Shown in pieces: positions 7,765 to 15,986 of a stretch of 32,897 nt of DNA. This stretch comes from a virus (taxonomy: Duplodnaviria > Caudoviricetes). Numbering within the stretch: position 1 is the stretch's first letter; the number at the start of each line of letters is the position of its first letter. The DNA is taken from the IMG/VR virus record IMGVR_UViG_3300049170_000119, positions 1-32,897 of that record. One strand, 5' to 3'. Under the pieces are notes generated by a model. The model was given only the letters and a program-made list of their open reading frames with translations, had not been told where the DNA came from and ran no database searches. The position numbers and the translations under genes were made by a program.

Positions 7765-7860
7765 CCTGTCGTCCACACATTGGCCCGCCCATCTCACCCC
7801 ATAATCAGGGTGACGGGTGGGCCAATCTGTATGCCCGCCCACGACCCGGAGGAGGGCCGG

Positions 7861-8409
7861 ATGGCAGGCCACGACCACCACAAGACCCAGCAGCGCGTCC
7901 CGTCCACGGGCAAGTTCACCGGCCCGCCCCTCGAAATCGCCGCCCGCCGAGCCGAAGCCGCACGCCTCCGCGGCGAGGGCCGGCCGTACCGGGCCATCGC
8001 CGACGAGCTGGGCATCGACGTGCACACCGCGTTCGACGACGTGAAGGCCGCCGTGAAAGCCATCGTCGAAGAGCCCGCCCAGCAGGTCGTGAACCTCGAA
8101 CTCCGGCGCCTCGACGAGGAACTGATCAGACTCGACGCCCTCGAGGAGACCGTGCGCAAGGTCCTGGAGACCGAGCACTTCACCATCTCCCACGGCAAAG
8201 TCATCTACATCGGCGACAGCACCAGCCCGCTCCTCGATGACGGGCCGGTGCTGCAGTCCGTTGACCGGCTGATGCGGATCGAGGAGCAGCGGCGCCGCAA
8301 CGGCGAGAGCAGGCGCCGGCTCCTCGGGCTCGATGCTCCGGCGAAGACGCAGGTGTCGGGCGGGGTGCAGTACGAGATCGTCGGCATCGACATGGACAAG
8401 CTCCGGTGA
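7861..8409 (+). CDS. terS: Terminase small subunit (HTH plus helical region)
   Basis: GRPYRAIADELGIDVHTAFDDV HTH; RRRLLGLDAP motif; overlaps the terL start; GGAGG RBS. Confidence 0.8.
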   Translation: MAGHDHHKTQQRVPSTGKFTGPPLEIAARRAEAARLRGEGRPYRAIADELGIDVHTAFDDVKAAVKAIVEEPAQQVVNLELRRLDEELIRLDALEETVRKVLETEHFTISHGKVIYIGDSTSPLLDDGPVLQSVDRLMRIEEQRRRNGESRRRLLGLDAPAKTQVSGGVQYEIVGIDMDKLR

Positions 8410-10766
8410 CCGTCGCGCAGCTTCTCCACCGGTACGAGCCGCACGGCACCGCGGCCGAAGTGTTCGAGTGCCGCGACTCCGAAGTCCTCATGTCCGGCCC
8501 GGCCGGCACCGGCAAGAGCAGGGCGTGCCTGGAGAAGCTGCACCTCATGGCCCTCGCCAACCCGGGCATGCGCGGTCTGATCGTCCGCAAGACGCTCGCC
8601 TCCCTCGGCTCCACCGCCCTGGTCACCTACCGGGAGCACGTCGCGAAGGAAGCCCTGGAGACCGGCGTCGTCAACTGGTACGGCGGCAGCGCCCAGGAGG
8701 CCCCCGGTTACCGGTACTCCAACGGCAGCCTGATCAACGTCGGCGGCATGGACAAGGCCACCCGGATCATGTCCTCGGAGTACGACGTCGTCTACGCCCA
8801 GGAAGCCATCGAGCTCACCGAGGACGACTGGGAAGCGATCACCACCCGCCTCCGCAACGGCAAGATCAGCTTTCAGCAGCTCATCGCCGACACCAACCCC
8901 AGCGTGCCCACCCACTGGCTCAGGCAGCGCTGCGTCCGCGGCGACACCACGCTCCTCAACTGCCGCCACGAGGACAACCCCGTCCTCTACCAGGGCGGAC
9001 AGCTCACCGACATCGGCCGCGACTACCTGAGCAAGCTCGACAAGCTCACCGGCGTCCGCAAGCTCCGCCTCCGCGACGGCCAGTGGGTCGCCGCCGAAGG
9101 CCAGATCTACGACACCTACGACCCCGAACTCCACCTCGTCGACCGGTTCGACATCCCCGCCCACTGGACCCGCTACTGGACGGTCGACTTCGGGTTCACC
9201 AACCCGTTCGTCCTCCAGTGCTGGGCCGAAGACCCCGACGGCAGGCTCATCCTCTACCGCGAGATCTACCGCACGAAGACCCTCGTCGAGGACCACGCCG
9301 CCACCATCCTCCGCGCGGTCCGCGCCTGCGCCACCTGCTGCGACTCCAAGGCCCGTAGCCACGACTGCCACACCTGTGACGACTGCCAGCTCAAGTGGAC
9401 CGAACCGAAACCGCGCGACATCGTGTGCGACCACGACGCGGAGGACCGGGCCACCCTGGAACGCCACCTCGGCATGTCCACGATGCCTGCCCGCAAAGGG
9501 GTCAGCGACGGGTTGCAGGCGGTGCAGGCCCGGTTGAAGCCCGCCGGGGACGGGCGGCCACGGCTGCTGTTGATGCGGGACGCCCTGCTCGAGCGGGACG
9601 AGGAGCTGGCTGAAGCGAAGAGGCCGACGTGCACGGAGGAGGAGATCGTCGGCTACGTGTGGGCACAGCCTCAGCCGGGCCGGCCGCCGAAGGAGACGCC
9701 GCTGAAGGAGGACGACCACGGGTGCCTGATCGCTGGCACCCCCGTGTCAACCCCTGGCGGACCTGTCGCTATCGAGTCGGTGCGCCCCGGTGACCTGGTG
9801 CTGACCCGGGTCGGTCCTCGCGCGGTGCTGGCGAGTGGCATGACGTCGGAGAGTGCAGTCGTCTACCGCGTGGAGCTGTCAACGGGCGAGGCCCTGACGG
9901 GCACTGGCAACCACCCGGTTTGGGTGGATGGCGAAGGCTGGAAACGACTGGATGCATTGCGATATATGGATAGGCTCGTGGTATGTCAAACAGCCAATCC
10001 ACGCGCTTCAACGGAGTCACCTTCCACCGTTACCCCGACTCCCCGAACTGGGCTGATCGCGAGTACTACACCCCCGGCATTGCCGACAGGCAGCGAGGCA
10101 TCGGCCGCTTGCACGAGGAGATCTGGAAGCAGGCGCACGGTCCCATCCCTGAGGGGTGCGAGATCCACCACGCCGACTACAACCCCGACAACAACGAGTT
10201 GGGCAACCTCGTCTGTCTCACCATCGCCGAGCACAAGGAAGCCCATCGCCGGCGTGGGCGCGAACGGGCCAGGACACCCGAGCATCGAGCCCACCTCGAC
10301 CGGATCAGACCCCTCGCTGCCGAATGGCACCGTTCTGATGAAGGGCGGGCCTGGCACCGCGAGCACGCCGCGAAGCGCCAGTTCGGCTACGCCGAGCCGC
10401 GGTCCGGGTCCTGCGAACAGTGCGGCAATCCGTACGAGACGACCAAGCCCGGCAGCGGGGATCGGTTCTGCTCCAACAAGTGCAAGACCGCGTGGCGATA
10501 CGCGAGCGGCGTCGACAACGAGCAGCGCACGTGCGCCCATTGCCACGCCGAGTTCACCGTCAACCGCTACAACCCCAAGCGCTGCTGCGGGCGCACGTGT
10601 GCTCAGCGTCTCCGCGCTGCCGAAGCGCGTGCCCGTGTTCAACCTGACGGTGACTGATCAGCCGGAGTACTTCGCGCAGGGCGTCCTGGTCCACAACTGT
10701 GACGCCAAGCGGTACATGGTCGCGCACCGGGACATGGGCAGCAGGCCGGGTGTGCGCTGGTTCTGA
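8406..10766 (+). CDS. terL: Terminase large subunit (PBSX/SPP1-like); 786-aa precursor containing an intein, 461 aa after splicing
   Basis: Walker A GPAGTGKS, Walker B-like VVYAQEA, DTNP, nuclease VDFGFTNP; splicing restores DDHG-CDAKRY. Confidence 0.95.
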   Translation: MTVAQLLHRYEPHGTAAEVFECRDSEVLMSGPAGTGKSRACLEKLHLMALANPGMRGLIVRKTLASLGSTALVTYREHVAKEALETGVVNWYGGSAQEAPGYRYSNGSLINVGGMDKATRIMSSEYDVVYAQEAIELTEDDWEAITTRLRNGKISFQQLIADTNPSVPTHWLRQRCVRGDTTLLNCRHEDNPVLYQGGQLTDIGRDYLSKLDKLTGVRKLRLRDGQWVAAEGQIYDTYDPELHLVDRFDIPAHWTRYWTVDFGFTNPFVLQCWAEDPDGRLILYREIYRTKTLVEDHAATILRAVRACATCCDSKARSHDCHTCDDCQLKWTEPKPRDIVCDHDAEDRATLERHLGMSTMPARKGVSDGLQAVQARLKPAGDGRPRLLLMRDALLERDEELAEAKRPTCTEEEIVGYVWAQPQPGRPPKETPLKEDDHGCLIAGTPVSTPGGPVAIESVRPGDLVLTRVGPRAVLASGMTSESAVVYRVELSTGEALTGTGNHPVWVDGEGWKRLDALRYMDRLVVCQTANPRASTESPSTVTPTPRTGLIASTTPPALPTGSEASAACTRRSGSRRTVPSLRGARSTTPTTTPTTTSWATSSVSPSPSTRKPIAGVGANGPGHPSIEPTSTGSDPSLPNGTVLMKGGPGTASTPRSASSATPSRGPGPANSAAIRTRRPSPAAGIGSAPTSARPRGDTRAASTTSSARAPIATPSSPSTATTPSAAAGARVLSVSALPKRVPVFNLTVTDQPEYFAQGVLVHNCDAKRYMVAHRDMGSRPGVRWF
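9971..9985 (+). promoter_or_regulatory. Putative leaderless promoter for the nested HNH gene
   Basis: TAGGCT (9971-9976), 6 nt, then ATG; AT-rich patch upstream; no SD sequence. Confidence 0.55.
9983..10657 (+). CDS. HNH homing endonuclease with two C4 zinc fingers, nested out of frame inside the intein
   Basis: LHEEIWKQAHGPIPEGCEIHHADYNPDNNELGNLVCLTIAEHKEAH, then CEQC..FCSNKC and CAHC..CCGRTC; GC3 bias is in this frame. Confidence 0.92.
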   Translation: MSNSQSTRFNGVTFHRYPDSPNWADREYYTPGIADRQRGIGRLHEEIWKQAHGPIPEGCEIHHADYNPDNNELGNLVCLTIAEHKEAHRRRGRERARTPEHRAHLDRIRPLAAEWHRSDEGRAWHREHAAKRQFGYAEPRSGSCEQCGNPYETTKPGSGDRFCSNKCKTAWRYASGVDNEQRTCAHCHAEFTVNRYNPKRCCGRTCAQRLRAAEARARVQPDGD

Positions 10767-10817
10767 CCCGCAGTTTGTAGAGTCTCCACAAACATCTTTC
10801 CGGAACTGGGAGTGGCC

Positions 10818-11003
10818 GTGACCAGGACAAACACCTTCCTTCGCAGGTCGAAGGCGTACGCCGTGACCCGCGTACCGACTTTGCTTGACATCACAGGGGC
10901 TACTCTTTTGTCAGTAGGTGCCAACGCGATCTATGCGCCTGCCGGGTGGATCGTCGGCGGACTGTCCGTCCTGGCGATCAACCGCCTGATGCACGACGGG
11001 TAG
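10818..11003 (+). CDS. Small two-TM protein between terminase and portal
   Basis: GGGAG RBS; LLDITGATLLSVGANAIYAPAGWIVGGLSVLAI; position typical of actinophage head operons. Confidence 0.7.
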   Translation: MTRTNTFLRRSKAYAVTRVPTLLDITGATLLSVGANAIYAPAGWIVGGLSVLAINRLMHDG

Positions 11004-11020
11004 CACCGAAGGAGGGGGCC

Positions 11021-13048
11021 GTGGCGAGAACACTGCTCGGCGCTCTCCTCAACCGCACGGCCACCACGACCCCGGTCCCCTTCGCGTCACGCGCCCAGTC
11101 CTACGCCCACGGCCTGTTCGGCAGCCGGCGTGACGCGGTCGCCCAGATGTCCGCGATGGGCTCGGTCGGCACGCTGTTCTCGATCGTCAATCGCACGTCG
11201 AACGCGACCGCGCTGGTCGAGTGGAAGCTGTGGCGGAAGGCTAAGTCCGGCCGCCTTGAGGACCGTACGGAGGTCACCGCGCACGCGGCGCTGGACCTGT
11301 GGAACAAGCCCAACCCGTTCATGCCGCGGCAGGAGTTCGTCGAGGGGACGCAGCAGCACGTCGACCTGACCGGCGAGGGCTGGTGGGTCATCGCCCAGCA
11401 CGAGCGGATCAAGCTCCCGCTGGAGATGTGGTACGTCCGGCCCGACCGTATCCGTCCCGTCCCGGACCCGGAGCACTTCCTGATCGGCTACATGTACTGC
11501 GGCCCCGACGGCACCGAGGTCCGCCTCGAACTTGACCAGGTCATTCAGCTGCGGATGCCCAACCCGCTGGACCCGTACCGCGGCATGGGCCCTGTGCAGT
11601 CGATCCTGTCCGACCTCGACGCCACCCGGTACTCCGCGGAGTGGAACCGGAACTTCTTCGCCAACAGCGCGGAGCCCGGCGGCATCCTCGAGGTCGACCG
11701 GCGCCTGGACGATACTGAGTTCGACGAGCTGCGCATGCGGTGGAACGAGCAGCACAAGGGCGTCGCCAACGCGCACCGGGTCGCGATCGCTGAGGGCGGC
11801 CTGAAGTGGGTGGATCGCAAGTTCACCCAGCGGGACATGCAGTTCGCAGAGCTGCGCGGCGTGTCCCGGGACGTGATCCGTGAGGCGTTCGGCATCCCCG
11901 CCTTCGCGCTCGGCGAGGTCGCCGACGTTAACCGCGCCACCGCCGAAGCCTCCAAGTCCTGGTTCGCGGAGCAGCTCACCGTGCCGCGCCTCGAGCGCAT
12001 CAAGGCCGCCCTGAACCACGACCTCCTGCCCCTCTTCGGCGCCGCGGCACAAGGCCTCGAGTTCGACTACTGCGACCCCGTCCCGCCGAACACTGAGCAG
12101 CAGGCAGTGCAGCTCACCGCCCGCGCGAACGCCGCCGAAGCGCTCGCCCGCGGCGGATGGAACCGCGACGACATCCTGCCCGCCGTCGGCCTGCCCGAGA
12201 TGCGGGCCGCCGCGCCCGCCAATCCGCAGCCGGCGCCCGCCGCGCGCCGACCCCGGAGCTGGCTCCCGGCCGGCTCCACCCTCCTTGCCGCAGCCGACGA
12301 CGACGCTGTGCTGGAGCAGGTACGCGAGCAGTACACCGCCGTGCTGGAGCAGCTGCTCACGGACTGGGAGCCGATCGCCGACGCGCAGATCGAACAGCTC
12401 GGTGACGCGATCGAGACCGCGGTCGACGACGAAGACCTCACCGCCCTCGCCGCCTTGCCGGTACCGACTGATGACGCCGCCGAGACGCTTGCTGCTGCGC
12501 TCGCGGACATGGCCACCACCGCCGCCGAGCAGATGGTGTCCGAGGCCGCGGAGCAGGGTGTCACAGTCACCGCTCCTGAGGTGTCCTCGTCGCTCACCAA
12601 CCGCGTGCCGGTGTGGGCGTTCGGGGACGAGCTGCTGGAGATCGCGCAGGCGACCGCGCAGATCCTCGCCGACGACCTCGCCCGCCAGGCCGCGGTTGAA
12701 GCACTGCGCCACTACGCGCCCGGCGCGGTCGGCCGCCGTGTCGCCGACTCGGTCAAGACCACGCTCCGCAGCCTGAAAAACCGGTTCCGCCGCGACCAGC
12801 TCGGCGCGGCTGTCCACCGCGCGCAGAACGTGGGCCGGCTCGCGGTCGTCGAGGAGACCCCGGCCGCGGTGTACATCGCGACGGAGAAGCTCGACGGCGC
12901 GACGTGCCCGCCGTGCCGGGAGATCGACGGCACCGAGTACACCGACCTCGACACGGTGCGCGGCCTGTATGCGGCCGGGGGCTACCAGCAGTGCGAAGGC
13001 GGCTCCAGGTGCCGCGGAACGTTCACGGCCAGGTGGGAGACGTCATGA
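11021..13048 (+). CDS. HK97-family portal protein fused to a C-terminal MuF-like head morphogenesis domain
   Basis: KPNPFM, LTGEGWW, NPLDPYRGMGP, NFFANSAEPGGIL, DMQFAELR; C-terminal LDGATCPPCREIDG...CEGGSRCRG; AAGGAGG RBS before GTG 11021. Confidence 0.92.
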   Translation: MARTLLGALLNRTATTTPVPFASRAQSYAHGLFGSRRDAVAQMSAMGSVGTLFSIVNRTSNATALVEWKLWRKAKSGRLEDRTEVTAHAALDLWNKPNPFMPRQEFVEGTQQHVDLTGEGWWVIAQHERIKLPLEMWYVRPDRIRPVPDPEHFLIGYMYCGPDGTEVRLELDQVIQLRMPNPLDPYRGMGPVQSILSDLDATRYSAEWNRNFFANSAEPGGILEVDRRLDDTEFDELRMRWNEQHKGVANAHRVAIAEGGLKWVDRKFTQRDMQFAELRGVSRDVIREAFGIPAFALGEVADVNRATAEASKSWFAEQLTVPRLERIKAALNHDLLPLFGAAAQGLEFDYCDPVPPNTEQQAVQLTARANAAEALARGGWNRDDILPAVGLPEMRAAAPANPQPAPAARRPRSWLPAGSTLLAAADDDAVLEQVREQYTAVLEQLLTDWEPIADAQIEQLGDAIETAVDDEDLTALAALPVPTDDAAETLAAALADMATTAAEQMVSEAAEQGVTVTAPEVSSSLTNRVPVWAFGDELLEIAQATAQILADDLARQAAVEALRHYAPGAVGRRVADSVKTTLRSLKNRFRRDQLGAAVHRAQNVGRLAVVEETPAAVYIATEKLDGATCPPCREIDGTEYTDLDTVRGLYAAGGYQQCEGGSRCRGTFTARWETS

Positions 13049-14064
13049 GCAATCTGGGACCGCTGCCGCGCCGTGCGCGGCTGTTCAACACCATGACTGC
13101 CGGGGCGCGGCAGGCGTTCCTCGCCGGACACGGCGGGGTGCGCGTGGAGGGGACGGCGGCCGGTGGGCAGCCGGCCGCCACTCTCCAGAAGGACCGCGTT
13201 TGGTATCGCATCACCAACAACGCCGGCTCTGCGGTGGTCGACATCTTCGATGAGATCGGCTACTGGGGTACGAACGCCGCCGACTTCCAGCGGGAGCTGG
13301 CGCAGATCGTCGCCACCGAGATCACGGTCAACCTCAACAGTCCGGGCGGGGAGATCTTCGAGGGCATCGCGATCCACAACGCGCTGCGCTCCCACCCCGC
13401 GAACGTGACCGTGCGGGTCGCCGGGCTGGCCGCGTCGATCGCCTCGGTGATCGCCCTGGCTGGTGACCGGGTCATCATGCAGCCCCACTCGCAGATGATG
13501 ATCCACGACGGGTCCGGGTTCTGCATCGGCGACGCGAGCGACATGCGTGAGATGGCCGACCTCCTTGACAAGCAGTCCAACAACATTGCCGCCGTGTACG
13601 CCGAGCGCGCGGGCGGCACCGTCGAGGAGTGGCGGGAGCGGATGCTCGCCGAGACCTGGTACTCCGCCGACGAGGCTGTTGAGGCCGGTCTGGCGGACGA
13701 GGTCGACGCCCCGGCGCGGCAGGGCCAGCAGGCCCCGGCCCCGGCTGCGCGGTGGGACCTCACGGTGTTCAAGCACGCCGGCCGGGAGCAGGCGCCCGCG
13801 CCCGTGCTCAACACCGCGCCAACTGTCCACACCACGCCTGTCGAGCCTCCTGCCCCCGCACCGGAGGTGCCCGCGGCCGTCGACCAGGCGCCCGAGCCCA
13901 CGGCCCCTGAGCCTGCCGCCGAACCGGAGCCCGAGCCGGCGGCCGACCCCGATCCGTGGACGGCGCTCACCGCCCACCTCACCGTGCCGCCCGCTGATCC
14001 GTGGGCAGCCCTGACCGCACACCTGTACCCCGCAGCGTCGCCAAGCGCGGCGACGGACGCCTGA
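13045..14064 (+). CDS. ClpP-related prohead protease with Pro/Ala/Glu-rich C-terminal tail
   Basis: LNSPGGEIFEG, GLAASIASVIA, MMIHD, ETWYSADEAVEAGLADEV; ATGA overlap. Confidence 0.92.
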   Translation: MSNLGPLPRRARLFNTMTAGARQAFLAGHGGVRVEGTAAGGQPAATLQKDRVWYRITNNAGSAVVDIFDEIGYWGTNAADFQRELAQIVATEITVNLNSPGGEIFEGIAIHNALRSHPANVTVRVAGLAASIASVIALAGDRVIMQPHSQMMIHDGSGFCIGDASDMREMADLLDKQSNNIAAVYAERAGGTVEEWRERMLAETWYSADEAVEAGLADEVDAPARQGQQAPAPAARWDLTVFKHAGREQAPAPVLNTAPTVHTTPVEPPAPAPEVPAAVDQAPEPTAPEPAAEPEPEPAADPDPWTALTAHLTVPPADPWAALTAHLYPAASPSAATDA

Positions 14065-14075
14065 AGGAGGCACCT

Positions 14076-15455
14076 GTGGCAACTCCCACCGTCCCGCGCA
14101 ACTCCACGGAGCTCGCGGAAATGCTGGCCGACCCGGCCAAGGCGAAGGACATCCTCGCCAACAGCGAGAGCCTGACCCAGTTCATCGACACCTACGCCCA
14201 GACCCAGCAGGGCGACGGCACCGACCTGTCCCGCCTCGTTACCGAGGAGACGCAGCGCCAGTTCGCCGACTTCCTCAAGGACCGGGGCGCCGGCGACATC
14301 AAGCGCCCGAACCTCGACCCCAAGACTGTCGACCCGTACGCCAACGTCGCGAAGTCCGCGCAGGCGCAGGGCCTGTACAACCGGAACGCGATCGGCGCGA
14401 AGGTCGACGGGCTCTTCGACAACTACGGCGAGTTCTTCAGGGCGATCTACCGTTCCAACCCGGACAAGGACAGCCCGGACCTGTCTGCCAAGCTGGAGAA
14501 GCTCCGCAACTTCAGCTCCGACGTCCCCTCCGATGGCGGGTTCCTCATCCCCGAGGTGCTGCGCTCCGAGCTGCTGCGCATCTCGAACGAGCAGGGCGTC
14601 GTACGACCGCGGGCACGGATCGTGCCCATGGAAAGCCTGCGCGTCCCATTCCCCGCAGTGGACGTCACCAGCAACGTCAACAGTATCCACGGCGGAATCG
14701 TCGGGTACTGGACCGAGGAAGGCGGCCAGCTCACCGAGTCGCAGGCCCGGTTCTCCCGGATCGTCCTCGACGCGAAGAAGCTCACCGCGTTCGCGAAGAT
14801 CCCGTCCGAGCTCCTTGCCGACAGCCTCGTCTCCCTCACGGCGCTCATCGACCAGATGCTGCCGGAAGCCATCATGGAATTCGAGGACCGGGCGTTCCTC
14901 ACCGGCGACGGCATCGGCAAGCCCCTCGGCGTCCTCAGCGGCGCGGCCGCCATCTCGGTCACCCGGAACACCTCGAACGAGGTCCGGTTCGAGGACGTCA
15001 TCAACATCTACGCGCGGATGCTCCCGCAGTCCCTGTCGCGGGCAGTCTGGGTGGTCTCCAACCAGGTGATGACGCAGCTGCTCAACATGCGGATGGTGCA
15101 GCAGAACGTGGCTGGCACGGAGAACGTCGGCGCCGCCTCGCCGGGCCTGTGGCTCACTGGCGGCCAGGCAATCGACGCCGCGCCCATGCGGCTGATGGGT
15201 CTGCCCGTCGTGGTCAGCGAGAAGGTCCCGGCCCTGGGGTCAGCGGGCGACATCAGCCTCATCGACTTCGGGTTCTACCTCATCGGTGACCGGCAGGCCA
15301 TGCAGGCCAAGCAGTCCGAGGAGCGGTACTTCGAGACCGACGAAGTTGCCTTCCGCGTCATCGAGCGTGTCGACGGCCGCCCGTGGCTGCAGTCCGCGAT
15401 CACGCCTGCCAACGGCGGCGACACCCTGTCCCCGATCGTCAAGCTCGCCGCCTGA
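14076..15455 (+). CDS. Major capsid protein, HK97 fold
   Basis: DGGFLIPE, WTEEG, ELLADS, AFLTGDGIGKPLG, LMGLPVVVSE, VAFRVIERVDG; AAGGAGG RBS. Confidence 0.95.
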   Translation: MATPTVPRNSTELAEMLADPAKAKDILANSESLTQFIDTYAQTQQGDGTDLSRLVTEETQRQFADFLKDRGAGDIKRPNLDPKTVDPYANVAKSAQAQGLYNRNAIGAKVDGLFDNYGEFFRAIYRSNPDKDSPDLSAKLEKLRNFSSDVPSDGGFLIPEVLRSELLRISNEQGVVRPRARIVPMESLRVPFPAVDVTSNVNSIHGGIVGYWTEEGGQLTESQARFSRIVLDAKKLTAFAKIPSELLADSLVSLTALIDQMLPEAIMEFEDRAFLTGDGIGKPLGVLSGAAAISVTRNTSNEVRFEDVINIYARMLPQSLSRAVWVVSNQVMTQLLNMRMVQQNVAGTENVGAASPGLWLTGGQAIDAAPMRLMGLPVVVSEKVPALGSAGDISLIDFGFYLIGDRQAMQAKQSEERYFETDEVAFRVIERVDGRPWLQSAITPANGGDTLSPIVKLAA

Positions 15456-15482
15456 TCCGGGCGCACCCAGAGGAGACACATC

Positions 15483-15986
15483 ATGGAAGCGCTCGGAAGG
15501 CTCTTCAACATCGCATCCATCGTCGCCCCCGTCGACCTGGCGGGCGGCGCCGCCACCGGCAACCGCGTCCACCTCAACGCCTGCCAGGGCGTCGCGTTCG
15601 TGTACTTCGCCGACGCGGGCACTGCGGGCGAGGACGTGGACCTGGACGTGCAGGAGCACAACGCGTCCAGCGCTGGCACGTCGCAGGATCTGAACGTCGT
15701 CACCCGCTGGTTCTCGAAGCGGGAGGCCACCCTCGACAACGACGAGCAGTGGACGAAGCACACCCAGACTGCCGCGTCGGAGGTCGACCTCGGCGACGAC
15801 GAGGGCGAAGTGCAGGTGCTTGCCGTCGTGGAGGTGTCCGCCAAGTCCCTGTCGGACGGCTTCGAGTGGGTGTCCGTGAACACCACCGACTCGGGCGCCA
15901 CGGCCGGGAAGCTCGGCTGCGTCCTCGCCATCACCTACGACCTGACGGACCAGCGGTCGCCTGAGCTGCTGGCCGACCTGCTGTGA
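15483..15986 (+). CDS. Putative capsid decoration/cement protein
   Basis: Beta-rich 167-aa protein directly after the capsid gene; GAGGAG RBS. Confidence 0.65.
   Translation: MEALGRLFNIASIVAPVDLAGGAATGNRVHLNACQGVAFVYFADAGTAGEDVDLDVQEHNASSAGTSQDLNVVTRWFSKREATLDNDEQWTKHTQTAASEVDLGDDEGEVQVLAVVEVSAKSLSDGFEWVSVNTTDSGATAGKLGCVLAITYDLTDQRSPELLADLL

Larger units (their letters stand above)
9723..10697 (+). mobile_element. Class 1 intein (325 aa) in the TerL nuclease motif
   Basis: Block A CLIAGTPV, block B LTGTGNHPVW, blocks F/G VPVFNLTVTDQPEYFAQGVLVHN followed by extein Cys+1. Confidence 0.95.

Noticed and set aside
9986-10642. 218-aa antisense ORF over the HNH/intein overlap (possible third coding frame)
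   Set aside because: No motif or RBS; it is the codon-aligned antisense of the terL frame, and such open frames are common in ~70% GC DNA.
9723-10697. Insert interpreted as a group I intron or as a frameshift sequencing error
   Set aside because: The terL frame is continuous and has all intein blocks. An error would need two compensating indels, and the HNH has its own ATG and stop.
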